Numbered from the whole stretch's first letter, positions 25,837 to 38,348 are shown. The stretch is DNA of 63,976 nucleotides, filler included, from Choristocarpus tenellus KU-1152 (GCA_964200185.2; 16 parts of 16 records of this genome joined end to end with filler, not necessarily neighbours in it), one strand, 5' to 3'. The notes: generated by a model from the sequence alone, not told the origin. Numbers and translations: made by a program.

Positions 25837-26632
25837 NNNNNNNNNNNNNNNNNNNNNNNNNNNNNNNNNNNNNNNNNNNNTTAATTAATTAANNNNNNNN
25901 NNNNNNNNNNNNNNNNNNNNNNNNNNNNNNNNNNNNAAAAAAAAAAAAAAAAAAAATAAGTGTAAAGACACTAAAAAACACCCCCCCCCCCCCCCCCCCC
26001 CCCTCCCACTTGGACAGTTAAGGCTAGTTTGAATCAAAACAGAGTACATGGCTTAATGCTAACGGTTGCAACAGGAGGACACAACGCACCCAACGGAGAG
26101 GATCAAACACAGGCTCAGCACTTTAGAGACCTGTCCTACGCACATCAAAGCAACTGCAGCATGCTGATTGGTTCGCCTTGAAGCCCGTGATTCATCCCCA
26201 GGGACCCAACGTTGAAGTAGTGGGATCAAAGAGGAATATCTGACGAAATGATGATAGTAGTAGTAAAAAGTATTCAACTGTATCTCTCTCTACCACTATA
26301 ATCATTATAAAAAATATTCAAAAGGATTCGAAAGTCTCTCTCTCTCTCTATTGGGCGAGGCAAAACAACCAACTGCCTCAGAAAGCAGTTAACAGCTATA
26401 GCCCCCGAGGGTTATAACCTTAAACCAGAATGAAGGCACCAGGTGCATCCCAGCGCCTTTCAACCAATTGACACTCTCTGTCCGCACCCTCCGGATCCAC
26501 TCAAACTAATACAATACATTCAACCCCTAAACCTACATGACACCACTTCAAAATACATAGAATACCTCAATATGAAAGAGACAGTAACGTCTGGTTGTGG
26601 GATTTCAGCTCAAAAATGGGATTTCTTTTTAC

Positions 26633-27932
26633 CAGTTCGGATTCCTCATAATGGGCTAGGCAGATGGCGCACATATCTCCCAAGGATACTTCAGCATCAC
26701 GACTCTCTTCATTGGACTTCCCCTCTGCAAAGGTTTCTTCTGGACCCCCATCTCCCACTGGTGTGCCACGGGGCTTGTCTATGTGAATTTCTATCTCTGA
26801 TCCGCGACAACCTGTGAGTGTGCGATTGCCGTACAAAATAGTGTCACATTGAAGGCGATCGTACATTCGTGTGCGTGAACATATTGTGTTGCCAACTCTG
26901 CTTCTCTAACCTCTGCCACACGGTAGCCAAAGCCCCTCACGTCTCAAGTAACAAACGTTCAAGAAAGGCCAAAGACTGTAACATAGCAAGCTGCACAATT
27001 TAGTTTCGTACTGGTACGGAGGGGAGCCTTGGGAATACAGAACTGTGAAAAAACTACTACAACTGACCTCTGCTCCCCCAGGTGGAGACATGGCTCATTT
27101 GCGGCACTGTTACAAGCATCATGTTACCTCCTTCCCATTCGAATGAGACTACAAATCGAGTCAAGATAGAGCTGGAGAACAAGGCTCACCGTCATGTTCT
27201 GTGGTGTTTGCTAGGCACGTGCCCATTTTCTCCCCAACCCCAACTCCTCCTGGGAAAGTCGATGATGGGCCTTTATACACATAGCATGGAAGGGTGAATA
27301 TAGACCTTTGCAGCTTCTTCTCATGTCGCTTGCCAAGATAACGGTTGATACAGTTCACCAAAAGCCCAAGACCAATGGCCGCTCCTACCAGCCATGCCAA
27401 GTTTATCAAGAATTTCTGTGGAAGCCAGGATAAACATGGTCAGTTGGTTCAGATACTAGTGGAAAAATTTAGGCATAAAGTGAAAATATTAGTCCTCTGG
27501 TAAGCGGAAACCACAACAATGCGAAGACACATCGCATGCTTCGGTGCACGCACTCTGTTATTTACCTCCCGAAGTTCAATAGATACACCAAACTTGTTTT
27601 CGTCAGCACGACGCCTCATCCCAATATCGGCCGCAAAGTAATGCCATTTTGAATATATTGTTCACAGTTAGTAATCTCACAGTTGTGGCTGTTGCTGGAC
27701 ACTCCCTCTTGTCGTCTGCAACATTGTTGCACACCGTAGATACTACGCAGGAGGAGTCACACCATGTGCAACCAATCGCCTGTGTGCAAACAGAGCATGT
27801 GTCCTTCCCTGAACAATCGCTTGCCACCGTTTGTCCGCGCACACCACTTTCACAACTTTGTATCCCCAAAATCACAAAGAGCCACAAGAGCCTTTCGGCG
27901 CTTCTGACCGGATAATAACATCGTAATGCCAT
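26633..27932 (-). CDS. Membrane RING-type E3 ligase candidate (signal peptide, PSI-like Cys-rich domain, TM, RING start); exons 27681-27932, 27190-27415, 26633-26811
   Basis: MALRCYY...LLWLFVILGIQSCESG; CSGKDTCSVCTQAIGCTWCDSSC; TM FLINLAWLVGAAIGLGLLVNCI followed by basic RYLGKRHEKK; IFTLPCYVYK (GLD-like); CAICLAHYEESEL (first half of a RING-H2). Splice phases are compatible. Confidence 0.78.
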
Positions 27933-28619
27933 GTTCAATAGCAGAGAGTCAATGGCGATACCCCTGGGGACCTTGTTCAGCGGAGCGTTGAGTCCGTCTG
28001 CATGAACAAGGGAGCGAGGGAAAAGGGTCAGCATCAAAATTTCAACAGTACAGAGGTATGCCAAAGTTCAAGTATAGCAACGAAGTGAGAGTACTGACAC
28101 TCCAATCAGAACTTGGAGAACATTGTGGGTGTAACTCCTATTCCTTCTCAGAGAATCATGTTCAAGCATAGTCTACAAACGCGCACCTATACGTTCCCAC
28201 CTACCGAGCACCACCTGTAAGCAATACTTTCAGGAAACCTACACCTACTCTCCATCAGTGTTCATTGAGATGATTAGTCGATGTAGAGAGCAAGCAATGG
28301 TTACTTTGAAGAGGTAGATGGAGAATAGTACCCATATTTTCCCACCAATATTTTTTTTCCAATAATATAACTGATAAAGAAACCAAAATGGTAATATTGG
28401 TATCTGTTGTAGTATTTCATTTTTTCAGTTTCTTCCAAGATACACCACATAGATAGTGGAGATGCCGGCAAGAAGGAGATTCTCGGGATTATTTCCGAAA
28501 TACTTTCTTGTTTTTGTAGCACAGTTGCCTCACACTATACATACACAGTACAAACCAAATTCGCAATGTTGACTTTAGAGAGGTGTTACATCAATAACAT
28601 TGAGGATAATTATCTGTTC

Positions 28620-29468
28620 TATTTGTAGACAACAAATGGTCCTTTCCACAGCAAAGTTTTTCGGCCTTGGTTTCTCCCACCCAACGTGCACGTTCACGCT
28701 CAAAACCTCACCCCCCAAGAGACACTGTCGGTCGATGGTGCGGGGACTGGAGCTTCCCACCTGTGTTCACATCCACAGTACACAGGAACTCCTTGGTCCG
28801 TGTTTCAAGACAAGGTAAAGAAAAGCATTTCGTCAGTGCAAGCCACACACTTGGCAGGATAATATAAAAAAGGGCTGTATTCAGATCGACCTTTCAACAG
28901 TTTCGACGACGGCAGACCCTACCTCCCTCCCCACCGAGCCCCACCCGTGGACCTAGCCCTGGCCACAACCCCTACGTGCACCCAAGCGCCTGGAGGTTAC
29001 CTGGCAGACAATGGACATCAGGACACTGCTTCCCTTCACTTCCCTCCTTCCACCTCTTTCAGGCACTCTTTAACTCTCTTTTCAATGTTCTTTGCGTCTT
29101 TCCCTCGCGGTACTTGTTCGCTATTGGTCTCCCGCACCTGTTTAGGTTTAGATGGGGTTTACCTCCCCCTTTGAGCTGCGATCCCAAGCAACTCAATTAG
29201 TAGAAAGGGGGGCGTACGTGCTCGTGGTGCCAGGGAACGAACGGGATTCTCACCCTCGCTGATGTTCCCTTCCAGGAGATTTCGTCCTGGCCAGCGACTG
29301 GCATCGCCTCTACAGACTGCAATTCGGACCTTACAGGAGGGACAGATTTACAACATGGGCTATTCCCGCTTCACTCGCCTTTCCTGGGGATATCCTATAT
29401 AGTTTCTTTCCTCCACTTAGAGTTATATAATTAATTTCAGCGGGTCCTGTTGCTTGATTAGAGACTCG
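28620..29468 (-). rRNA. Degenerate 28S (LSU) rRNA 5' fragment (D1-D3), rDNA pseudogene
   Basis: The plus strand carries reverse complements of conserved LSU blocks: TCCTTGGTCCGTGTTTCAAGAC, TTTCCCTCGCGGTACTTGTTCGCTAT, ACGGGATTCTCACCCTC, TTCCCGCTTCACTCGCC and AGTTTCTTTCCTCCACTTA...TTCAGCGGGTCC (ITS4 / LSU 5' end). Many substitutions fall in normally invariant positions. Confidence 0.9.
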
Positions 29469-29593
29469 AACGGAAGTTACAAAAGTAAACAAAAGTTGGG
29501 TAAGAAGAGACAATTGCGATATTGGGCTGAACGGCTCCACGGATCCACGGCAACGAGAGCGAGTGCGAGTGCGAGTGTGAATACTCGCTCCCC

Positions 29594-30790
29594 TTATTAT
29601 GCACAGATCTGCAAAATGTCCGAGGCTATATAATAATAAAAACCAAGATCGAGACTAGATATATGGAGTAGCGGTGTTGTTGATACAACATTAAATATAC
29701 CCTTTGAAAACTACAACTAATAATACAATGCCCCTAGAAGATTGTTCTCTACCAGGCAAGTAATGTGCACACTGTTGCTGTGCTTCTAACGAGACCCTAC
29801 CAAGGTGGGAGAGGACCTAGGGAAGCATATAACAAGAATCTGTCACGTCCGTTCTTGCCCACTTGCCCAGTCTCTTTGTGTATGATATGTGTCCGTCACT
29901 GCACAAGGCACTCTCACGAGACTTGGCATGCGTTTCAAGCTGGAGGCGCCAGGCAGATGGGCAAGAAGAGACCTGTCAGATTCTTGGGATGCTTCACTAG
30001 TTCCTCATCCACCTTTGTAGGGCTACGGTAGTTTAGAGTCATAGGAGCAGCATACACGCTACTTGTAATTACCCACCTCTTTTTTGAGGGAGCATTGTTG
30101 TATAGTAGGTATTCAAATGTATCTTTTTCATTAACAAGGTGTTATTTTTCCAGGGGTCGTTGGGATATTGATACCGTTTTCCCCTGACATATCCAAAAAT
30201 GTCCGAGGGGAAAATATTAATTAAAAATAATATATATTATTATTATGCCCTCTGACATTTTGCAGATGTGTCATATGTCAGAGCGCATAATAATAAAAAT
30301 ATATATTATATAATTTCTTTAGGGCTAACAACGACATATATATTTATTATTATGCCCTCTGACATTTTGCAGATGTGTCAGGGGGAAACCAATGAAAACT
30401 ACGATATATATGATTTCGGTCCACAGTGAAAGGGCTACCATCCTCCGTAGTGCAAGGGATGCCCATCCCCTTGCATAGTTGGTGCAGTTGTTTCACCATT
30501 GCATCCCTCTGCTGTCGTACCTGTCCCCCTCCCCTGGGGCAGGTACGAGCAAGTCTGTTACCAACGCATATAATTATTTTCATTATATTGGCATAATCAG
30601 TTTGGAGGACTACTACACTGTACTTAGCTGTCTTTTTTACGTCTTTCTATTCTACTCAATTCTACTAATAGGAACAAATGCGATTCATTTCTAGTTTTCG
30701 TTTGAATCTAGTTTTTTCCTCTTTCCTACTTCAACTTCTTATCTTCCTGACATAATAAGTATGTCAATATATTATATTATTATGCCCTCT
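29594..30790. mobile_element. Cluster of RLE-LINE 3' fragments in both orientations (3'UTRs, stem-loop/(TAA)n tails, zinc-knuckle-region fragment 30410-30583 on -)
   Basis: Tails at ~29594-29640, 30172-30222 (+), 30232-30272 (-), 30275-30310 (+), 30340-30401 (-) and 30770-30790 (-). The UTR segments 29690-29880 and 29950-30120 are inverted relative to each other and resemble 17700-17870. ORF fragment ARTCPRGG...RDAMVKQL...GIPCTTEDGSPF. Confidence 0.75.
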
Positions 30791-31067
30791 TGTGAATCAT
30801 GTGATTCTGTGGCGTCGTGGTTCACTCAGGCAAGGGTGGCGATGAGAATCACCGGGCAAGACGGACCACACGAACAATGACGAACCGTGACCGAGGGTNN
30901 NNNNNNNNNNNNNNNNNNNNNNNNNNNNNNNNNNNNNNNNNNTTAATTAATTAANNNNNNNNNNNNNNNNNNNNNNNNNNNNNNNNNNNNNNNNNNNNCT
31001 TTGTCTCTATTTCACCCCTTTTTAACTCATCTGCTTCTATCACTCACCATGACAAAGCAGTACTCAC

Positions 31068-33394
31068 CAGGTAGTAGCGGTACATGAAATTGTCCACATC
31101 TGGCAGTGCCCCCTTGTACCCCATGCAGGAGTCTAGGCAGTATGTTGCACTTGCCCCATCATTGCCACACACCTATCCCATCATAATATATCCACATGCA
31201 AGGAAGTAAACATACACTTAGAAATATAACATCAAACAAACTCTGAAAAATGCATCACATATTGCATGCATCTGGGCACAAGAAATTCATCTTTGGAAGC
31301 TTTCAGTGTAACCCATGCAAGCACAATTTGTGGCACTAATACGTGACAGACGAACCTCTACTGCTAAGAATAAGATCCAGGTATTGTATGATACACACTA
31401 TAATACAAACCTTGAGAGCTCCTTCCCCTACATGGAAGCAGTTGACACCCATAACAAGTCTATATCAAATTCGAAACATGAGCTTCCCAAGATCAGTTTT
31501 CAGCTTTCCACGCTCAAGTTTGAGGTGTAGACACAATACACAACATTGAGAACATGAGGGAGTAGGGTTTTGCTCTCGTTATTGAGTATTGATTAATCCT
31601 GATAATCTAACTTTCTCTTTTCCAGGGGGGTTAAAAGAAGAGCGGTCAGCATCAGGGCTGGGATTAGGGGTACGTTTAGATTCTCCAAATTGTACTATGC
31701 TGTAGTATATGAAGAGCCACGATCGGAATTCAAGTTTTTCGGGAGTAGGAGCTGGTCTCATACTCGGGGGAGACACTTTGGATACAATGGCAAGAAGAAA
31801 AAGAAGTGTGGAGGAGTGACCAACAGACTTTTCCGTAGATGTGACATGGTTGGAGGTACTCGGCAATGGAATTGCCAGGGCATTCTTTCTCTTCACTGTA
31901 GGGGGGGTCTACACCAGGGTGTCCATTTGGTTCATAGCAAGGAAGAGTGCACTTGCATTATCCATCCAACGCATGCAACCAAATCACCAAAAAATCGCGA
32001 CATGCAAAATTGCCCCCAAACAGACAGCCACCACCCCCCACCCCCCAGATACTTGCAATTTTCAATATATCTATATGTATATATGCAGGCGTATGTAGTG
32101 GGGATGAAAAATAGTCCTCCAAGTCTTAAGAGCCAAAGAATAGCTTACCAGCATCTCGACACCATCTGGCCCCAGCTGCCCATAGATTGGGAAACCATCC
32201 TGCAGGAGTGAAAAGAGGGGATCGAGTGAGCTGAGTAAATTCCTGACAGTGACCAAAATCTCCATGAACCCATGTTTATGTAACCACGGAGAAACGTTCA
32301 TCCTTCCTCTGAATCAGCAGTAGCAACCATATACATTGCTTTCTCATTTGCATGGATATAGCAGCACCCATGCAGCAGCATTGTAATTGGCACTCTAAAA
32401 TTACTACTTGGAAGCACGTAGTACACTATGCGGCATGTGGGCACTGGCAGTTTTGTAAATTAACCCTAACCCTAAGATTGATCTCACTTTCACACTCGCC
32501 ACAGCAAGAAAAACAGAAAAAACAAACATAATCTTTTCATATTTATTTTTTTCAAAACATAATCGAGACATCTCTTGAGAGAGAACTGCTGGTAAAAATA
32601 GAACCCTACAAATAAGAAACCAACACATCCACACATTCATCTATCCATCCATCCATCTTACCCCAACTTCCCCAGCCTTTTATCTTCTTATCTGGTCAAG
32701 AACCATTCAATTTGGCAAGTTATACTCTACACACACAGTGGAGCAATCAAGGGAGACCCAAGCCCTGAACCTAAACTGAAAGCCTAATGCTAACCTTCAT
32801 CATACCATCCAACGAGACCAGCCCTACCCCTAGCCCCAATCCCACCTGTTTATCTATCCTCTATCCTGATAATTCTAAACCTTGCCCAAAACTACCTATA
32901 ATCCTAACAATATCTTTTAATGACACCAGGCCCTTCTCCATAACCATAGCTCCCCGCCTAGATCTCCATCATAGCAGAGAAAAATCAACCCTGACCCCGA
33001 CATTGGCCACAGCCCCAAAACCAAGCCCATCCTACACCCACCAAAGTCCACCCTAACCTCAATGCAAATCCTAATAACCATTGCTCTAGCCCAAGTCCTA
33101 ACCCCATCTCGATTCACTAAGTCAAACCCTAGCTCTGACACTGATTGAAACCTAACAGTGTCCCCAACTCCAGAAATTATTATTTTTTCCAACAACTCAC
33201 ATATGCCCAAGCAACTTGAGGGGAGTGGTCAGTACTTCCAAGTCCGTTCAGGTCCCTCAACTGCTCCTCCAGGCAACCAGGAGTAGAGTGATAGTGGTAC
33301 GTACCGGATTGGTCAGAGTGTCCACCGCACAGGTCAAACGTATCTGACTCAAGGTAATAAGCAGAATCCTCAAACTCAACAACTTCAGTCACGC
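31068..33394 (-). CDS. YHYH-domain protein (PF14240-like), partial; exons 33201-33394, 32149-32199, 31068-31172
   Basis: Phase-compatible exons give ESDTFDLCGGHSDQSGTYHYHSTPGCL...HSPQVAWAY|DGFPIYGQLGPDGVEML|VCGNDGASATYCLDSCMG...DNFMYRYYL. These are the diagnostic D-x-C-G-G-H...YHYH...HSP...DGFPIYG motifs. Confidence 0.92.
31897..32056 (+). mobile_element. MITE family A copy in YHYH intron
   Basis: GGGGGGTCTACACCAGGGTGTCCATTTGG...CCCCCAGATACTT. Confidence 0.85.
32760..33180. repeat. Degenerate CCCTAA-like hexamer-periodic low-complexity tract
   Basis: CCCTGA/CCTAAA/CCCTAG/CCCTAACC variants. Short (AACCCT)n runs also occur at ~564, ~2566 and ~32461. Confidence 0.5.
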
Positions 33395-33659
33395 CTGCAT
33401 ACGGGCTGTGGTTGGTTGAATGCAAACCATTTCGGGAAGCAAGGGGGTGGGGTCGATATTGGGCTAGGGTTGGTATTTTTTGTTGGAGGGGTTGGTGTCG
33501 TTGGGAGGTGGGGGAGTGAGGTAGAGGTGTGAGGAGTTGGCACACATAGGCACCCCCACNNNNNNNNNNNNNNNNNNNNNNNNNNNNNNNNNNNNNNNNN
33601 NNNTTAATTAATTAANNNNNNNNNNNNNNNNNNNNNNNNNNNNNNNNNNNNNNNNNNNN

Positions 33660-33733
33660 AAAAAAATTGTGACATGAAAAAATTGATCCGAAATGGACAG
33701 CCGCCCCCCCCCCCCCCCAGATACTTTGAGCCC
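33660..33733 (+). mobile_element. MITE family A right end at contig start
   Basis: GACATGAAAAAATTGATCCGAAATGGACAGCCG...CCCAGATACTTTGAGCC. Confidence 0.8.
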
Positions 33734-34741
33734 GTTGTCAATGGTACTATTTTCTTCTTCGGAGCTTGAACCTCGTACACGACGTTTTGACGGTGAAAAT
33801 GTTTTTTCTAGGAAGTTGTCGATGTCTGCCTGCAAGCTGCTAACTTTGCTCTCCTTCTAATTCCCCTTTTCGATTTCTGCAAAGCCATTGACCTTGGCGG
33901 GTTGAATTTGTTTGTATTCCACCTGAGAGATGGTGAGTAGATTGTACATTAGTACTCTACAATTTAGGTAAACATTTACACCATTAAAAAAGATCAAAGC
34001 TACAGATGACATATGAATGTCCTTAACAAGACCCACCACCCTGACAACACTACTCCCAGGTGAACAGAGACAATCGGGGGACAAATCTTCGGAGTAACAC
34101 AGAAATACTGCCCTGCATCTTTGGTCTAGTCCAATTGTGACGAGCGGATATGATAACTACGCAAATATCTATGTCGGATCCAAATCCGGTGTATGGGCTC
34201 ATAATTTTTGCAATATCTCAACTATTCAATCGTGTGCATCAACATAAAAACTAGGATAGTCAGGGAAGGACTATCACAAACTGCCAGTCCGAGGAGGGAA
34301 ATCTGTATTCCCAGAAGACATTGCATCAGAGTAGACAACTGATCGAATGACTCATTGGTTTCTCAGAATCCAAAGTGACCGAGGTCAGAGATGTGTCCCT
34401 GCCAATCCTGTGGGCTTCCTTCCTGATAGTGACACCTAACCCTTAATTGGGTTATTCAGCCCGGGTATGCATAATCCGATAGACAGGGCGTGGAAGCTTT
34501 GAGTGAAGAAACCTCTACAAGATAACCAATGTTATCAGTATCCTGGATTATCCTCTTCCACACCATGGCCAATCTTGGCATTGATAACCTGAATCACTGG
34601 TCCCTTTATATAGATACAATGGGATGCTGTCTTGGAATCAGTGAACCCATGATTGATTGCACATCATCACCTAGCGCAACCACCGCAACACATTTTGACG
34701 ACACTCTACGAATTGTTACTGCTGACCTCATTGTCATCCAA

Positions 34742-34742
34742 A

Positions 34743-34784
<42 letters not shown>

Positions 34785-34820
34785 GATACTACTACTACTA
34801 CTACTACTATTAATACTACT
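34742..34820. repeat. (ACT)n microsatellite upstream of NDUFB11
   Basis: Long CTA/ACT run. A similar run lies at ~505-548. Confidence 0.95.
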
Positions 34821-34975
34821 GTTTCACTATTCTCACAATATTGTCTATTTCAACGTATTTTTTGGTCGTTTCCTGACAAACTCAGGTATACCTGTGACCC
34901 CCCCCCCTCGTCGACACCAACAACAAAGAGAGAGATTAGAAGGTATCACCAACACATTCTAGGCCTAACTGTAGC

Positions 34976-35723
34976 ATGACTATTGTCGGAAGAGCATTGC
35001 TGCGGCCTCTGTCTGGAAGAGTGCGGAATACTGCAGCGGCAAGGGTGCCTTTGACAGCTCAACGTCGGAATGCTGGTGGGATCCAGACCCCCAATCAGGT
35101 GCTACCAAGTATTGGAAGACCCAACACGAAACCCCCTGGTCCCTGTACTCTGCCGACATTTTCTAAATGCTGTCAATCCTTTGTGTTTTATTACTTAAAA
35201 TGAGTGGTGCAGGCTTTGTTAGGAAGCTCTTGTCAGGCCACTTTATTCTGATGCGCAGATTGCTTGCGCCCTCTCACATGATGCAATTCGTGGGACAGTG
35301 CACCCTGCATTAGGACAAGTAACAATGATTTTCCTAGCCTCCCCTTCTCAAAATGCCTGTTTTAGGTTGTGAACCTTGTGTTCTCCTTCTGCCTATTGTG
35401 TAGAGGTGGGGCGGTTCTCGTCTTGCCCCCATTTTCCTACATCCTTCTCGGAGTGAATTTATACACAAGTGTTAGCTGAGAACACCCTAGCTGCCCGAGC
35501 CTTCTTTGGTCACATCGATAGCAAGCTTTTAATGGGAGGAAACACTAACCGGTGGTTTTTCCTTGTGACAAATCTGTCGCCACGGTAGTCAAAGCAGTAC
35601 TTGTTTGGCATCGGACCGGGGTACAAGAAGGAGGGATGGGAGGAGATCGTGTTGTTCACCTGGATAGCCAGCGCAGGGGTACTGATCTTTGGTGTTGGGA
35701 TGGGACCTGAGACAAACATCAAG
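34976..35723 (+). CDS. NDUFB11: Mitochondrial complex I ESSS subunit (NDUFB11), 5' exons 34976-35098 and 35598-35723
   Basis: Arg-rich transit peptide MTIVGRALLRPLSGRVRN...QRRNAGG, then YLFGIGPGYKKEGWEEIVLFTWIASAGVLIFGVGMGPETNIK. This matches the ESSS pattern LFG...EGWE + TM + P-x-T-x-I. Phase-0 intron. Confidence 0.82.
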
Positions 35724-38348
35724 GTGAGCTTCCTCTACTCCCCGCCTTACTCCCCAGCCCCAACTTGCACCCGCTACATATCCTTTCTATGTCTGTCTTG
35801 AGGCCCCCCCCAGGGACTTGCAAGATTGGTATTCCGATTAATTAACCATGAATGTCCGCCAGCTATCGTGTCTACCGCTTGGAAAATCGGTTGTAATTCT
35901 CATATCCACCGCTCCATCCATATCAACTCAGAGAAGAACCACTTGAAAAATGTGATACATTTGTGGACGACTCCCCCCGGCCCCCATCTGTCTATTATCT
36001 TTCACATCGTGAATATGTATCTTGTGGTTGTACTACTTCCTCCCCCTGTCTTTCCGGCTTGTTCTCCTGCTTAGGCGCTGACTGAGTAGTAGGGGAGGCA
36101 TTTTTCCACGTCACTAGGGAGATGAGAGTGGTCAAAGGCATTGACGAGACTTATTATTTCCGTGTTGTCTTGAACTATAACCAAAACTTATTTCGAGCTT
36201 TTCTGAAGGCCCCGTGACACCCTGAGGAAATTTGAAAACAAAAACTTCGTAACCTAAGCCTTGAGGCTCCTCCTAACGTGAGGATAGGGAATGCCTGTTG
36301 TTTATTGTATTACCAGGGTGAGACTCTGCCCACAACGATTTTTTTCGATCATCTGGCAATACCCCAGGTTTGCGCACGAAATTCGAGTTGGGTGATACAA
36401 TGCCAACAGTCTGATATGTTACGATGGCGCTGACACTGTATCTCTTACACATTTCCAGGATTTTTCTCTGCCGTGCCCACTGATCCTGATAAATATATAT
36501 ATATATATATATATAGGTTATGAAAGGGTTTCAATACTAAGTAGACCCTGGAGCTATGTGGCGGACAGAGTAGTTCGTTGAGGGAGTAAAGGTTTCCCTC
36601 TGATGCAGAACAACAAATCTGTCTGATCTGATTGTGTATCGCGTTGAAAGGGACCACAGTTGGTACGTTGCTCTTGATTGGGGAAATTCAGGCAGACAGA
36701 TACGGAAGACAGACAGACAGACAGACGCGCGCGCGCGCGTGCCTGATCGGGCGTTTGAAAAAAATGTATATATGCATATATATATGTCTTCCTTCTCAGT
36801 CTACATTTTTTTCTAATGTTGTTGTCTGCCGGTGTAGTTGGACGTTGTGATCACCGGAAAAAAAAGAAAGAAAGAAAAAATATTACGTATCAGGTAAAGA
36901 GCAACAATGGTCTGCACAGTTCGAGAGGATGATTCGTATTATTCTACTGCCACGGGGGGGGTCTGGTTCGAGTATCGTTTTTTTTTTTTTTTTTTTACTT
37001 GGATTTTTTCTGTTATTTTTTTGTTTTCTTTTGGGAAACCACCCGCTTTTGGTGNNNNNNNNNNNNNNNNNNNNNNNNNNNNNNNNNNNNNNNNNNNNTT
37101 AATTAATTAANNNNNNNNNNNNNNNNNNNNNNNNNNNNNNNNNNNNNNNNNNNNCCCTCCCCCTCCACCTCCCCCCAGATACTTTGAGCCCTCGGGGCTT
37201 GTTTTCTTGCATATTTTTTTTAGGAATGTTTGATGTAGGACAACTGACTGCTGTTACCGCCCAAATTATTAGTTCTGATTTGTTTATTCTCTGAGAAGAG
37301 CACTCCAGTATCCGTTTGTTTGTTTTTTACTTTTATTTCTATGAGCACCTTACAAAGACACTCCATGTTAGCATGTGAGGTTGTGTATGGCGTAATTAGG
37401 GCCAGAGTGACATTAGAATGGATCGAAGGGGTCTAGATGTGAATGATGTAGGATTTTTTTTGTTCTTTACAGTTTTGCTTCTTGGGGTTAATTAGGGGAA
37501 GCCAGTCTGTTTTTGGAGTATGACGATAGCAACACCTGCGTAGTGGCTGATTGGTGGTGGTGAGCGATTAGTTGGGGTTAATGGTTCTTACATGGCGCCT
37601 CTTATGTTGGAGGCTAAATTGATGCTTCCTCCTCGATTTTAGACACTCTTTTCTTCTACATTTTGGTGAATATATTATTGATGCGTATGCAGCACTGCTA
37701 GAAAGCAGTTGCGTTTCCTCTCTCCATAATTATCTTTTGTGACATTCATTTGTCCACATCATTGCCGCCACAATGCTTCAAGAAGAATGGAACTATTGCT
37801 GGGGCAAAACGTGGACAACTTGAACTTTGTACATGATGTTGCACTGTCATTTTTAATCGCCCCAAGACAAGAAGCCGTCGATTGTGTGTACTTGTGTGGA
37901 TCAGTCGATCAAATATGCCCCACCTTTCCCAGACTAACCACACTGTCCACACCTCAATGTGCACGACCTTGGTTATGCAACAACGGGATGATCTCCCACA
38001 TGATACATAATGATTATCGTCCGTTTGATGGTTAATATTCTTGCCTCGAATTAGATGTTAGAAAGAAATTGTACTTTTAAATCGAAGCACATACTAAGCA
38101 AGTAGCAACACCACTAATTAATCCGAATATGAGACTATTATTATAAATACAATTACCAACCACTTCCTTCACTGATCCAATATGTTTCAAACGTAAGAAA
38201 CGAAAAGGTCACAAAAAGCCTTTACTGTCTCTTTTCAATATGTAATCGTATGCTGTTCGATATTCCTTTTTTCATGTAACACAATTGTCAACAGAAAGAG
38301 AAATCACCGAAACTCAAGGACCACTTTTTGTTGTCTCTAGTATTTTTA

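Noticed and set aside
23053-35723. Apparent cluster of two E3 ligases, YHYH and NDUFB11 as a functional locus
   Set aside because: Each gene is on a separate contig joined by linkers, so adjacency is arbitrary.
37500-38030. CACTA/Plavaka-like GDHP...CxxC words on the minus strand
   Set aside because: Two short motifs in different frames are insufficient evidence.
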